Below are positions 39,352 through 48,602 of a DNA stretch of 64,000 nucleotides, piece by piece; the stretch's first letter is position 1, and every line of letters begins with the position of its first letter. The notes below the pieces were generated by a model that saw nothing but the letters and a program-made list of their open reading frames with translations, was not told where the DNA came from and searched no databases. A program made the translations under genes and the position numbers. Source of the stretch: Candidatus Atabeyarchaeum deiterrae (GTDB lineage Archaea; Asgardarchaeota; Atabeyarchaeia; Atabeyarchaeales; Atabeyarchaeaceae); NCBI GenBank assembly GCA_037310415.1, contig CP147780.1, forward strand, positions 2,400,001 to 2,464,000, given 5' to 3'.

Positions 39352-41757
39352 CTAGAGTTGATGCGCCGTCCGGGAGATTATCTCGTCTTGCATCTCTTTT
39401 CCAAGCATAACAAAGTAAGCGTTGTATCCTGTGACCCTCACTAACAAGTTCTGATAATTGTCGGGATGTTTCTGGGCATCCTTCAAAGTGTCCACATCTA
39501 CTAAGTTGACCTGCAAGCTTGTTCCGCCCAACTTATCGAATGCTCTAAGTAATGCTCCGAATTTCCTCAGGTGCTCTTCATCTCTGAAAGTTGCTGGGCT
39601 GAGTGTTATCACGTATGATGCGCCATTGGGAACGACATCGTATCCAAGTTTGCAGACAGACTTGAATGCCGCGGTCGGTCCCTTCACATCTCTTCCTTGT
39701 ACTGGAGAGACACCGTTTGACAGGAACCTTCCCCGTTTTCTGCCGTCTGGCGTGGAGGCGACCTTTGGTCCATTGTCAATGAAGTAATTCCATGAGAGGT
39801 AGCCAGCTCTGTATTTTCGTCCAGTTGCAGGCGAAGTGTATTTAATCACTTCTTGAGCCCAAAACCTTGACAGTTCTCTTGCTATGCTGTCAGCATACTC
39901 GCTGTCATTTCCGTATTTTGGTGCCTCATTTATGAGCATTTGTCTTAGTTTCTCGTTTCCTGCGAAATCTTTCTTGATAGTTTCGACGAGATCCTTCATT
40001 GAGACTTTCTTGTCATCATAAACCAGTTTCTTAACTGCTGTAACCGAGTCAGCGAGAGTTGCGATGCCAACTCCTTCCACAGTTATGAAATTGTATAATG
40101 TGCCACCTTGTCTTACATCCTTTCCTTTCTCCAAGCAGCCTTGCATTAGAGCCGAGCAGTATGGAATGGGCTCGAATTGAGCTCTTATGGCGTCGAAGCC
40201 GCTGGCCAAGTCGATGGTGTGCTTCAGGATCGCTTTAATCTGTTCTTTGACAGCAGTCATGAACTGGTCATATGTCTTGAGATTCGTTGGGTCACCCGTA
40301 TTCGGTCCGATTTGTTCGCCTGTTGCCATGTTCCTACCATCATTCAGTGCCAGCTCAATGGCTTTGGCTAGGTCGGGGTTAACGTCTACTGTGCCCGACC
40401 TGTCTCGCCCATATTGGGCCGTGTTCTCTAAGCAACCAACGACACCATAATCCCAAGCCTCCTTGGGGTCAATTCCTTCCTTGATGAGTGCAGGTATTAC
40501 TATTCCATCGAAGTTCAACAGGAATGGAGAACCATGACACTTCTTGATAGATTCGCACAGCCGGAGCATGAAACCGTCAGGTGTATTCTTGTGTATCCTG
40601 ATAGAACGCTTGGGCTCAAGTAAGTCTAGATCCTCGATCGCTTCCAGAAAAACATAGGTCAAGTCATTAGTCACGTCTTCCCCAGTCGGGCCTTGCCCTC
40701 CAAGCGTCATTAGCTGGCCGAAGCCTGCGCTTATGCCTTTGTCACCAAGGCGTGCGAAATCGTAGGCGTAGTTATGCTTGATCATCCAACACTCCACAAG
40801 CTCCTTAGCATAGTCACGCGTTAGCTCACCTGACTCCAAGTCTTTCTTATAGAATGGGAACAGGTATTGGTCTATTCTTCCGTGCGAGAGCCCTGGACCA
40901 GGGTAGGATTCTGCTAGCATGAACAACATGTGAGTGAGCCAAAGTGATTGTAGTGCTTCATGGAAAGACTTAGCAGGGGTCCAAGGAACTTTTTCGCAGA
41001 TCTCTGCAACCTTCTCCAATTCCTTCCTTCGTTGGGCATCCTTCTCCTGCCGAGCCAGTCTTCTAGCTTCCGCAACATACCTCTCAAAGAACTCTTTTGC
41101 GGCATCGCAGCAGATGACTATTGAGCGGGCTAGATTTTTCTTCTCTTCAGTGTCTGCTTTCTTCTCAAGGAATTGCTCTGCCTCTTCCTTTACTGATTTG
41201 AACCCCTCTTTTAGTACTCGTGGATAGTTTGGTATGATGTGACCTGGTATGGAGCCACAATTCATTACTCCAATGTTACATAGGTGGATCTCCTTGGCAA
41301 CAAGCTCATCCTCTCTCTTCTTCCACTCGGCAGCCTCATTTTGATCCAGGCAAAGCGAGAAGGCTGTGTTGAACTGCCCACCCACTACGAGTTCTCCTTC
41401 CAGAATTTGCACTGGGATCACGCGGAGAACTTGCTGCAAGAATATGGCTTTCCTGATAATCAGCGGTTCATCCCAGAACCCTTCAGGTAAGTCCACTTTC
41501 TGAGCAAGAGCTAGAAGGCTCTCGCAAATCGGCTTAAGGAAATCAATTTCCTCGGGAACCGTAATCCAGTTATGGGGGACAAACACGGCGTCCCAAGACT
41601 TGCCAGTAGTGTAAGGCATAACCTCATTCCTGAAGTAATCTCTATTGTCATAATCAAAATACTCATCTCTCAACTTCCTGACTCTAGGAGAAAGCGACTT
41701 GGAGGGCTCCCACGTCTCTAACTTGTTTGAAATAGGCACTTTAGCAACTTGAACCAA
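39352..41757 (-). CDS. Glycyl radical enzyme of unknown substrate (PFL-like family)
   Basis: Cys loop VVGCLE, PKYGND, TPDGR, C-terminal radical motif LLVRVTGYN. Confidence 0.92.
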   Translation of the reverse strand: MVQVAKVPISNKLETWEPSKSLSPRVRKLRDEYFDYDNRDYFRNEVMPYTTGKSWDAVFVPHNWITVPEEIDFLKPICESLLALAQKVDLPEGFWDEPLIIRKAIFLQQVLRVIPVQILEGELVVGGQFNTAFSLCLDQNEAAEWKKREDELVAKEIHLCNIGVMNCGSIPGHIIPNYPRVLKEGFKSVKEEAEQFLEKKADTEEKKNLARSIVICCDAAKEFFERYVAEARRLARQEKDAQRRKELEKVAEICEKVPWTPAKSFHEALQSLWLTHMLFMLAESYPGPGLSHGRIDQYLFPFYKKDLESGELTRDYAKELVECWMIKHNYAYDFARLGDKGISAGFGQLMTLGGQGPTGEDVTNDLTYVFLEAIEDLDLLEPKRSIRIHKNTPDGFMLRLCESIKKCHGSPFLLNFDGIVIPALIKEGIDPKEAWDYGVVGCLENTAQYGRDRSGTVDVNPDLAKAIELALNDGRNMATGEQIGPNTGDPTNLKTYDQFMTAVKEQIKAILKHTIDLASGFDAIRAQFEPIPYCSALMQGCLEKGKDVRQGGTLYNFITVEGVGIATLADSVTAVKKLVYDDKKVSMKDLVETIKKDFAGNEKLRQMLINEAPKYGNDSEYADSIARELSRFWAQEVIKYTSPATGRKYRAGYLSWNYFIDNGPKVASTPDGRKRGRFLSNGVSPVQGRDVKGPTAAFKSVCKLGYDVVPNGASYVITLSPATFRDEEHLRKFGALLRAFDKLGGTSLQVNLVDVDTLKDAQKHPDNYQNLLVRVTGYNAYFVMLGKEMQDEIISRTAHQL

Positions 41758-41923
41758 CCCAAAACACCAGCCAAAATGAACTTCTCAGAACAGAGATTTC
41801 CCTGTCACAATAGTAACCTAGCGACAATTCGACGGTAATAAAGATTGCTTTCAGCACTCACTGCACCAGATTATTCCCTGATTCAAGCCGCATTCTGAAC
41901 GTGCAAGTCGGACAAGGACTATA

Positions 41924-42066
41924 TTTATATTCATTAACCAGCATTTACTACCACAGGAGTTAACTTCGGAAAATAGGCGAAGTTAAAGAACGTTCTTTTT
42001 TAGTTTTCGTTTTTTTGCCTCGCTTAGTTTCGAGTTCAACCCAGAATTTCAGCGAGGTGAAATAGT
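41924..42066 (+). promoter_or_regulatory. TATA box and structured 5' leader with an anti-Shine-Dalgarno stem
   Basis: TTTATAT at 41924; hairpin TTAACTTCG/CGAAGTTAA (41960-41986); U-rich tract; GCCTCGCT (42017-42024) pairs with AGCGAGGT (42051-42058), which overlaps the GAGGTGA ribosome-binding site. Confidence 0.55.
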
Positions 42067-42234
42067 TTGGGATTTGAGCGACGCGGCGGCAGCCGAGGAC
42101 CACCAAGAGGACCAAGAGAAATGCACAAGGCTACTTGCTCCGATTGTGGCAAGGAAACAGAAGTTCCCTTCAAGCCGACTGAGGGCAAGCCGGTATATTG
42201 CCGCGAATGTTACCAGAAACACAGAAAGTATTAG
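42067..42234 (+). CDS. CxxC-x17-CxxC zinc-ribbon protein (55 aa)
   Basis: TTG start after GAGGTGA; MGFERRGGSRGPPRGPREMHKATCSDCGKETEVPFKPTEGKPVYCRECYQKHRKY. Below the ORF-track length cutoff. Confidence 0.92.
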   Translation: MGFERRGGSRGPPRGPREMHKATCSDCGKETEVPFKPTEGKPVYCRECYQKHRKY

Positions 42235-42579
42235 GTTTACCTGAGGTCTAGGTAAATCTATCCATTCCCTATTTTTTGGATGCGATAAGCAGGCTGTCCC
42301 ACACGATGACAGCACTTGTCCGATTTTCTAAGGTCCAGCTGTTTTACGCACACAAGGGGCTATGATGTGAACAATAGTGCTTTCTGAACCTGCCAACAAA
42401 CGACGTTAGGCATTCTCATCATTCAGCAGAATCTCTATCTTGTTGCCCTAGTCCATACCAGTCCGTCGCATTAGCTTGTTGAGGTGCTGCTTGACAAAGA
42501 AGAAACGGTCTTAAGTCTGTACAAGTAATACGGTAAAAGACCTTAACTTACCTAGAACAGATTATGGGAAGCTGAGATC

Positions 42580-42966
42580 ATGGAAAAAGAGATAATCACA
42601 ACTTCGAAAGCTCCAAAACCAGTTGGTCCATATTCGCAAGCAGTGAAAGTTGGGAATTTGATTTTCGTTTCAGGCCAGATTCCGCTGGACCCAAGAACAG
42701 GAACACCGGTGTCTGGGGACATAAAGGAACAGACGAAAAGAGTTTTGGAAAACATTAAGGGAATCTTGGAAGCCGAAGGACTTACTCTAGACACTGTTGT
42801 GAAAACAACTGTATTCATGAGAAATATGGCCGACTTCTCAAAGATGAATGATGTCTATGCAACCTATTTTAAGAACAAGCCACCTGCCAGGACGACAATT
42901 CAAGCAGGAGACCTTCCAGCAAAGATGGACATTGAGATTGATGCGATAGCGCTCAAGAGCGAATAG
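42580..42966 (+). CDS. ridA: RidA family reactive-intermediate deaminase
   Basis: APKPVGPYSQAV, SGQIPLDP, PPART, IEIDAIA. Confidence 0.95.
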   Translation: MEKEIITTSKAPKPVGPYSQAVKVGNLIFVSGQIPLDPRTGTPVSGDIKEQTKRVLENIKGILEAEGLTLDTVVKTTVFMRNMADFSKMNDVYATYFKNKPPARTTIQAGDLPAKMDIEIDAIALKSE

Positions 42967-43001
42967 GATCAACCCCAAATGGACAAACATCTCATTGCAT
43001 T

Positions 43002-44126
43002 ATGCATTTTTCACTCATCGGAGATGTCTATCCAATGAACGGTTATGAGGGAATGCTGACTGCCCTGAAAAGAGATGGGGAACCTGACTTCCTTCCTATT
43101 TGGGAACTCATAATCAACGAACCAGTTATGAGAGCGCTATTTGGGAAGGTTAGTCTCTTCGACTTTGTTGAAAAGATGGATCTTGATGGCATTTGTGTAG
43201 CCGAAGACATTCAACTTCAGCGTGCTGAGACTAAGCCTCGTGTGGCAATAATCGATGACTTTGGGATCAAGTGGTCTTATTCGGGTGTGGTCTTCCAGCC
43301 TAGTGAGGGGCCGATCAAGAGAGTCGAGGATTTGAATGCTTATGAGATGCCTGACCCCAACAGTGAAAAAAAGTATGCTAGCCTGAAGCTCGTCATTCAG
43401 AGGTTCAAGGAAAAGAGGGCGATAGTCTTCCTCAGTCATGACTCCTTTGAGCACTCTGCATACTTGGTTGGAGGAATTGCCAACTTAATGCGGTGGTACG
43501 TTCTATACCCCGAAGCAGTAAAGGGATTAGCTGATCGGATCTCAGAGTACAAGCAGACAACTCTCAGAATTGCCTCCAAGATGGGAGCTGACATACTTCT
43601 CACTGGCGACGATTATGCCTTCAGAGACAGGTCAATGATGTCTCCAAAACAGTTCAAAGAATTCGTCTTGCCCTACTTAGAAAGGGCAGTCACAATAGCG
43701 AAGAGCAACAAGTTACCCTTCATCAAACACACCGATGGGAATCTCTGGGACATAATAGATATGATTGTGGGAGCAGGGATAGATGGTCTACATCCACTTG
43801 AGCCTGTGGCAGGAATGGACATTGGCAGGGTGAAGAAGCTTTACGGCAACAGAATTGCTGTCATCGGCAATATTGACTGCACATACATTCTTCCTCATGG
43901 AACCGAGGCCGAGGTCGTCGACGCTGTCAAAGAAACGATAGCGAAGGCGTCTCCTGGAGGAGGACACATAATCTCATCAAGCAACAGTATTCACCCGGGC
44001 GTGAAACCCGAAAACTATAGAACAATGGTCAAAGCCGCTAGGAAATATGGCAAGTATCCAATAGACAAGCAGTTGGTCGAAGAGAACAAGAAACGGAGCT
44101 ATGTGAGCCGACTCATGCCAAGATGA
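43002..44126 (+). CDS. Uroporphyrinogen decarboxylase / MtaA-CmuA methyltransferase family protein
   Basis: GDDYA...MMSP..F..FVLPY, KHTDGN, HPLEP, GNID, GGGHIISSSNSIH. Probable start is the ATG at 43035. Confidence 0.88.
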   Translation: MHFSLIGDVYPMNGYEGMLTALKRDGEPDFLPIWELIINEPVMRALFGKVSLFDFVEKMDLDGICVAEDIQLQRAETKPRVAIIDDFGIKWSYSGVVFQPSEGPIKRVEDLNAYEMPDPNSEKKYASLKLVIQRFKEKRAIVFLSHDSFEHSAYLVGGIANLMRWYVLYPEAVKGLADRISEYKQTTLRIASKMGADILLTGDDYAFRDRSMMSPKQFKEFVLPYLERAVTIAKSNKLPFIKHTDGNLWDIIDMIVGAGIDGLHPLEPVAGMDIGRVKKLYGNRIAVIGNIDCTYILPHGTEAEVVDAVKETIAKASPGGGHIISSSNSIHPGVKPENYRTMVKAARKYGKYPIDKQLVEENKKRSYVSRLMPR

Positions 44127-44197
44127 AGTGAACCCACAAAGGGAATTTCCTAAACCATAATCAAGCTGACTCTCACGCGGTGAAGCGAGGAGCTGTT

Positions 44198-44797
44198 CTA
44201 TTTTGCCTTCTTTGCCTTAGCCATTGAGAGATATAGCTCTCTGATCTTCCGCTGTAAGGCCATTGTCTCGTCAAACTCCTCGTCAGACATTGAGAGATCA
44301 TGCGCAACCTCGACTGCCCTTTGCTTTGAAAGGAAGTCTACGTCATCGAATTTCGACACAGCCTCTTCAAGTTTAGAAGCATCACAAAGGTGGAAAACCT
44401 TGTTCTCAGTGTTGACTATCTCTTGTGCCGTGGCATCATTATACTCAAGCGTGAATCCGAGCCTATTCATGGCATCGACTATCGTCTTCACAAGCTTCTT
44501 CTGGAAGTCCACGCTGGCCCGAGATTCACCCATGGTGAAATCGAAGACCTCCGCCGTGGTCTGGTAGTAGCTTTCGATCAGGTGTCCTACGCGCTCCTCC
44601 TTGACAACTTCGACCATCTCGGCGCCCTTAAGCTTCTGGATGTGGTGATAAACGGTCTGAGGGGAGAGACTCAACTCTTCAGCAATTTTACTGACATTCA
44701 TGGGCTTTGCCCTAAGAAGAAAGATAATCTTCCTGCGAGACTCGTCTCCAAGAAGCTGGAAGCTCTCTGGATCACTGATCACTTTCATAGCCTTCAT
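44198..44797 (-). CDS. ArsR-family winged-helix transcriptional regulator
   Basis: LGDESRRKIIFLL, IAEELSLSPQTVYHHIQKLKGAEMV. Confidence 0.9.
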   Translation of the reverse strand: MKAMKVISDPESFQLLGDESRRKIIFLLRAKPMNVSKIAEELSLSPQTVYHHIQKLKGAEMVEVVKEERVGHLIESYYQTTAEVFDFTMGESRASVDFQKKLVKTIVDAMNRLGFTLEYNDATAQEIVNTENKVFHLCDASKLEEAVSKFDDVDFLSKQRAVEVAHDLSMSDEEFDETMALQRKIRELYLSMAKAKKAK

Positions 44798-44842
44798 TCG
44801 GAATCACCACAATACCCCTATTCTAATCCTATATTGCCGTCT

Positions 44843-44989
44843 GTATTATATTGTCACCATGATAGTAATTAACTCCAAACGCTTATATACTTAGCTATAT
44901 CTTCGAACTCTCATCACTACTTTATTTAGCCAGTCAAAACCTTTATATATCAGACGCATATATTACTATTATGATGGTCATCATAATAA
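44843..44989. promoter_or_regulatory. Divergent promoters, each overlapped by a copy of a palindromic operator
   Basis: Perfect palindrome TATTATGATG-GT-CATCATAATA (44967-44988). The reverse complement of 44843-44869 (ATTACTATCATGGTGACAATATAATAC) resembles 44962-44989 (ATTACTATTATGATGGTCATCATAATAA). TATA-like boxes at ~44883-44890 (-) and 44942-44949 (+). Confidence 0.7.
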
Positions 44990-45026
44990 TGAGACCACTA
45001 AATCTCGAAGGAGGAATGAACCCAAA

Positions 45027-45152
45027 ATGTTGAGAATAAGCCGAGCCGGAAACCGAAAGAGGTTGGCCGTAATGGAAGTCAGCCAGGAAACAATTAACCC
45101 AAGAGAATCTCTGGCAGGTCAAATTGCATACATCCACAGACGGATTATCTAG
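45027..45152 (+). CDS. Putative 41-aa small protein
   Basis: MLRISRAGNRKRLAVMEVSQETINPRESLAGQIAYIHRRII, preceded by GGAGGA and a TATA/operator. Confidence 0.45.
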   Translation: MLRISRAGNRKRLAVMEVSQETINPRESLAGQIAYIHRRII

Positions 45153-45288
45153 GGGGAAATCGCTTAGAACCAACTTGCGCCTGCTAACCCATCGAAAACC
45201 ACAAAACAGACATTAGTCTTTGAGTGCCATACTATTCTTCCCCCCCAAAAAACTTCCTATTCACTACCTTTAACCTTAATCGGATGTC

Positions 45289-46686
45289 TTGACTATTTGT
45301 CGTTCACTCAGATCAACCTGTGTAATCAGGGTCATGGTGTCTCGCTTGAGCTCAACCGAGAAAAATGGAAATTCAAAACCTCTTGACTTAACTCACAACG
45401 GATATGACAAGAGGCTTATGAGAAACGTCTACGTGCTCAGCATTACCATGGGTATTATGACCCTGTTCTTCGGCTGGCAAAACTACCAGTCAATCTACCT
45501 CCAACATGGTCTGGGTGCGAGCTACTTTGATGTTGGAGTTGTCTATAGTATTGGATACCTTGCTCACGCACTATCAGGTTTCCCCGCGAGTCTCATTAGT
45601 GACAAGCATGGAAGGAAGAAGTTCGTTATCGCAGGGACATTCATCAATGGATTCGTATACATGAGCTACGCGCTCTGCAATACTTGGTTCCTTATCACGA
45701 TCCCGCTATTTGTCATGAATCTTTCCCACGCTGCGTATATCAATCCCATGTTTGCCATGCTGGCCGAGTCGGCTCCTCCAAAGAAACGTGGTATCGCATT
45801 CGGAGCCTTTCAAGTCATTTCTGGGGTAATAAGCCTCTTTGCACCGCTACTGGCTCTCAGTGTAATTTCTCAATACGGGCAGGATCCCACAGTCTCTGTT
45901 CCCCTCGCGATGCCCTATCTGTACTTGATGTGTGGTGGCACCGTTGCGGCAATGGCTGTGGCTCGAGGCGTCGCTTTGAGGGAGACACATATTGGTGTTC
46001 TTCGACTTTCTCAACCATTGGATATAACACACACATCCCAAGAGACTGACGCGGCACCGCTCTCCAACAAGACAGGTACCCTTCGTGACTGTGAGGAACC
46101 GAGGCTTCGAAGCAGAACGGTGGCTGGCTTCTTTGTCTTTGTTTCACTTGCAGCAATAACGTCTGCAGTCATTAGCAACTTCATTCCGCTCTATGCGGCA
46201 AATGTCCAAGTGGGAAATGTTCACATATTCGATAATTTTCGGTTGATGGTGTTTTTCGTCGTGAGTTCTGGTGTTTCAACCTTGGTTCAGTTGCCCACTG
46301 GTCGTCTTGCAGATTCCTCAAAGAAGAGGATCATGTTGCTGATAAGTGTGCTTTTGTTTGCATTAGCTATCTTGATGTACATGATAGCGGATGATTTCTA
46401 CAAGTTTATTCTGGCGCAAGCCTTTCTCTCAGCGGCTAGCACTCTGCTCTTTAACACTGAGTTCACGATGATTTCGTGTTATTCCAGACGAAGGAACAGG
46501 AGCACAGCATTCGCGATTCAGACAGCGATCGGCGACATCGTGTCTATTCCTTTTCCATTGATTGGGGGTTTACTTATCAGTGTCTCTCCTCAACTGCTGT
46601 TCACATTCACCTTGGTCCTAACAGTCCCCACATTCTTTGCTGGCCTTCTACTTGTCCATGAACCTAGTAAGCCGACAGCCGAATAG
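45289..46686 (+). CDS. MFS transporter
   Basis: 12 TMs, motif A ISDKHGRK and its repeat GRLADSSKKR. True start is probably downstream. Confidence 0.9.
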   Translation: MTICRSLRSTCVIRVMVSRLSSTEKNGNSKPLDLTHNGYDKRLMRNVYVLSITMGIMTLFFGWQNYQSIYLQHGLGASYFDVGVVYSIGYLAHALSGFPASLISDKHGRKKFVIAGTFINGFVYMSYALCNTWFLITIPLFVMNLSHAAYINPMFAMLAESAPPKKRGIAFGAFQVISGVISLFAPLLALSVISQYGQDPTVSVPLAMPYLYLMCGGTVAAMAVARGVALRETHIGVLRLSQPLDITHTSQETDAAPLSNKTGTLRDCEEPRLRSRTVAGFFVFVSLAAITSAVISNFIPLYAANVQVGNVHIFDNFRLMVFFVVSSGVSTLVQLPTGRLADSSKKRIMLLISVLLFALAILMYMIADDFYKFILAQAFLSAASTLLFNTEFTMISCYSRRRNRSTAFAIQTAIGDIVSIPFPLIGGLLISVSPQLLFTFTLVLTVPTFFAGLLLVHEPSKPTAE

Positions 46687-46758
46687 TAGCAAAGATCGTT
46701 CTGCCCACTCCATTAGAGCTGGTTTTGGACGAATCAAAGAAAATGGTTAAGGCACTTC

Positions 46759-47565
46759 TTAAGTGCGCAGTAACGCGTACACAAGCTTTCTCTTCTTTTG
46801 GAAGCCTATTCTCTCATATATTCTGACGGCCTGACTGTTGTCTTCCATGACGAACAAGCTCACTATTACGCCAAGCGAATGGAGTGCTGACGCCAAAGCG
46901 TACGTGTTATTAGTCGCATATCCTCTTCCCCGGTAGGACCAAGCTGTCACTATGTTTCCAAGCTGTGCAACTTGCGGGGTGACAAAATGGACACCTGCAA
47001 CACTAACGATCTCGCCGTCAAGTTTGACACAGTAATATGGCCCCGATTCAAACTGGACGGGGAGCCACGCAAGGGCTCCGTTCCCTTTCAGAAAGTGATC
47101 CAGTTTCGATAGTTCGGATTGTTGGACTAGTTCAACTTCCACATTCTTCTGTGGACCTTTTGGCAGAATAGGTTCTTTCAAAACCATTTGGTATTCCTTG
47201 TGCGATTTAACGATCTCCGCTCTTCCTCTGAACAAGTTCAATTCTTCTGGCTCACAGATGCAGGTGAAATCGCCGTCTATCTTTGTGAGAATGTGGTTGA
47301 GGAGTCTCTCTTTGAAAGGTGGAGCAATTCCCAAGACGATTGAGGGGTGACTGAACCCTCTGTAAACATTCGAGAAGTCATCCAACTTGCCATTCCGCAG
47401 ACCCATGTAGATCTCGCTCGAAGATAGGTGAGGTGGGTAGAGGTCTGCCAGAAGCAACAGATTCTTCTGAGAGTCTTTTGAAGCCAAGCGAGCACATTCA
47501 GGCAACAGATCAGACCTATCTTTCTGCGTGACGATTTTCTGGTTCATGCACCTAACAAGCTCCAT
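46759..47565 (-). CDS. GNAT acetyltransferase (FR47-like)
   Basis: LGNIVT..YRGRGYA, N..AVRIYERIGF. Confidence 0.88.
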   Translation of the reverse strand: MELVRCMNQKIVTQKDRSDLLPECARLASKDSQKNLLLLADLYPPHLSSSEIYMGLRNGKLDDFSNVYRGFSHPSIVLGIAPPFKERLLNHILTKIDGDFTCICEPEELNLFRGRAEIVKSHKEYQMVLKEPILPKGPQKNVEVELVQQSELSKLDHFLKGNGALAWLPVQFESGPYYCVKLDGEIVSVAGVHFVTPQVAQLGNIVTAWSYRGRGYATNNTYALASALHSLGVIVSLFVMEDNSQAVRIYERIGFQKKRKLVYALLRT

Positions 47566-47611
47566 TACTGTCGCTTGGCTTTCGACATCTAGGCATCTCA
47601 GGTTTGGAGAG

Positions 47612-47896
47612 CTATTTCTCGATCTTGTAGACTACATTGAAGCTCTCACTTTTCCAATCCTCTTGGATGCCAAGTATTCTGACCTGGATTTTGGATTCGT
47701 CAAACAGCTCGTAGATGAGGTCTTCGAAGTAGTCGTAAAACCCGCATGTTCTGCAGAATATACCTGAGAATGATATTGTGAACTCTTCATCTTTCTCTTT
47801 GATTATCAGAAGCTTTGCTGTGACTTCGGGACTTCTGTACCTATTGTAGGTTTCTATTCCATTCTTTATCCTGAGCGCTAAGTCTTTGACAGCCAA
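47612..47896 (-). CDS. Small hypothetical protein with CxxC
   Basis: YNRYRSPEVTAKL...FSGIFCRTCGFYDYFED; GAGG ribosome-binding site upstream. Confidence 0.7.
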   Translation of the reverse strand: MAVKDLALRIKNGIETYNRYRSPEVTAKLLIIKEKDEEFTISFSGIFCRTCGFYDYFEDLIYELFDESKIQVRILGIQEDWKSESFNVVYKIEK

Positions 47897-48098
47897 TCTG
47901 AAATGAACCCTCCTCAGACTTCTTCCGAGACGATGGTTCCGTGGGTTAATGTCGGTTGTCTATGCATTTCATAGTTCATGACTTATTAAAGGAGTACAGG
48001 ACACGGGCTACTCGAAGATCACTATTCTCTTGGTTTAGAATAGTAATATATCTTAAGACTGAAGATATTCAACTGATTATTCGAGGGCTGGATATACT

Positions 48099-48572
48099 TT
48101 GAGGCAGATCAAAGTCGATGGAGGACTTGAGGAAACAAGGGAACGCGCGGTCTCATTGCTTAAGACCTCAGGCTTTGAAGTTCTCAGGGATGGTGACCGC
48201 TCGTTTCGGTTCAGGAAAGTGAGACTCGCTCCAAGCAGGAGGATACCGCTGCTTTTCTACGGAAGCGGCGTCATGAAGCTGGAACCCATGAAAGGGGGTT
48301 CGACAAGAGTCACCTATCGATTGAGTATTTCGCCTGCAACAGTTTTCGCCTACTTGGTGACCGGCCTCTCAATAGCAATCGCTGCCATCTTTGTCAATTA
48401 CCTCTTGCTCACGTCAGTGACGAGTTCAGGTCTGAATGTTACAGTCACTTTTCTGGTAACAAATGCCGTCTCGATCTTTGTGCTTTTCATAACCATCATA
48501 TCGTTCGTGAAGACCAAGAATCGGGCTGAGCAGTTTCTGCGCGCATTCTTGGAGAGATCCATTGATGTATGA
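48099..48572 (+). CDS. Hypothetical membrane protein (2 C-terminal TMs)
   Basis: 157 aa; soluble N-terminus followed by two hydrophobic helices. Confidence 0.65.
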   Translation: MRQIKVDGGLEETRERAVSLLKTSGFEVLRDGDRSFRFRKVRLAPSRRIPLLFYGSGVMKLEPMKGGSTRVTYRLSISPATVFAYLVTGLSIAIAAIFVNYLLLTSVTSSGLNVTVTFLVTNAVSIFVLFITIISFVKTKNRAEQFLRAFLERSIDV

Positions 48573-48602
48573 AATGCAGGTTCGAGAATCTATCCGTGAT
48601 TG

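Noticed and set aside
44989-45039. Short frame MRPLNLEGGMNPKC-TGA-E as a C-terminal Cys-Sec peptide
   Set aside because: Too short, no SECIS-like element seen downstream, and it overlaps the ribosome-binding site of the better 41-aa ORF.
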